Positions 63,999 through 64,000 of a stretch of 64,000 nt of DNA are shown here, piece by piece. The stretch comes from Candidatus Eiseniibacteriota bacterium (lineage in GTDB: Bacteria > Eisenbacteria > RBG-16-71-46 > CAIMUX01 > VGJL01). The stretch's first letter is position 1. Every line of letters starts with the position of its first letter. The notes under the pieces are model-generated. The model ran no database searches and was not told the DNA's origin. It saw only the letters and a program-made list of their open reading frames with translations. Location of the stretch: assembly GCA_041946735.1 (NCBI GenBank), contig JBHGAY010000022.1, positions 29,400 through 93,399 of the forward strand. Reading direction: 5' to 3'. Both the position numbers and the translations under genes were made by a program.

Positions 63999-64000
63999 CG

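Overview
GC-rich bacterial chromosome segment. The secreted proteins with FlgD/T9SS-like tails and a C-terminal 'TWGxxR..FR' motif suggest an FCB-associated candidate phylum such as Ca. Eisenbacteria or Latescibacterota; this is an inference. There are three zones. (1) 0.2-9.7 kb holds four secreted repeat proteins (beta-helix, LVIVD, NHL, 14x FG-GAP). (2) 9.7-17.4 kb is an accessory/defence island: a 42-bp periodic palindrome array before an all-helical hypothetical gene, a DUF433/DUF5615 toxin-antitoxin pair with a broken toxin, two HNH restriction-like nucleases, S24 and McrB-like remnants, a Zn-finger/HEPN-like gene and a PIN gene. (3) 17.7-64 kb is core genome: tRNAs, a large Alu-type SRP RNA, dnaX-ybaB-recR-pgpA-cinA-thpR-recA-recX-alaS, ispE-spoVG-tRNA-Gln-prs-rplY-pth-rpsF-ssb-rpsR-rplI, an EF-G paralog, a liv ABC transporter, selA, smc, tatC, coaX, groES/EL, folB/K, panB/C and tatA. 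The most notable items are the 42-bp array plus helical gene, the HEPN-like/PIN pair, a GlmU N-domain fused to a degenerate HIT domain, a BY-pseudokinase-TM-SPOR protein, and pth and recX lacking canonical start codons. All family calls come from motif recognition by eye; no searches were run.
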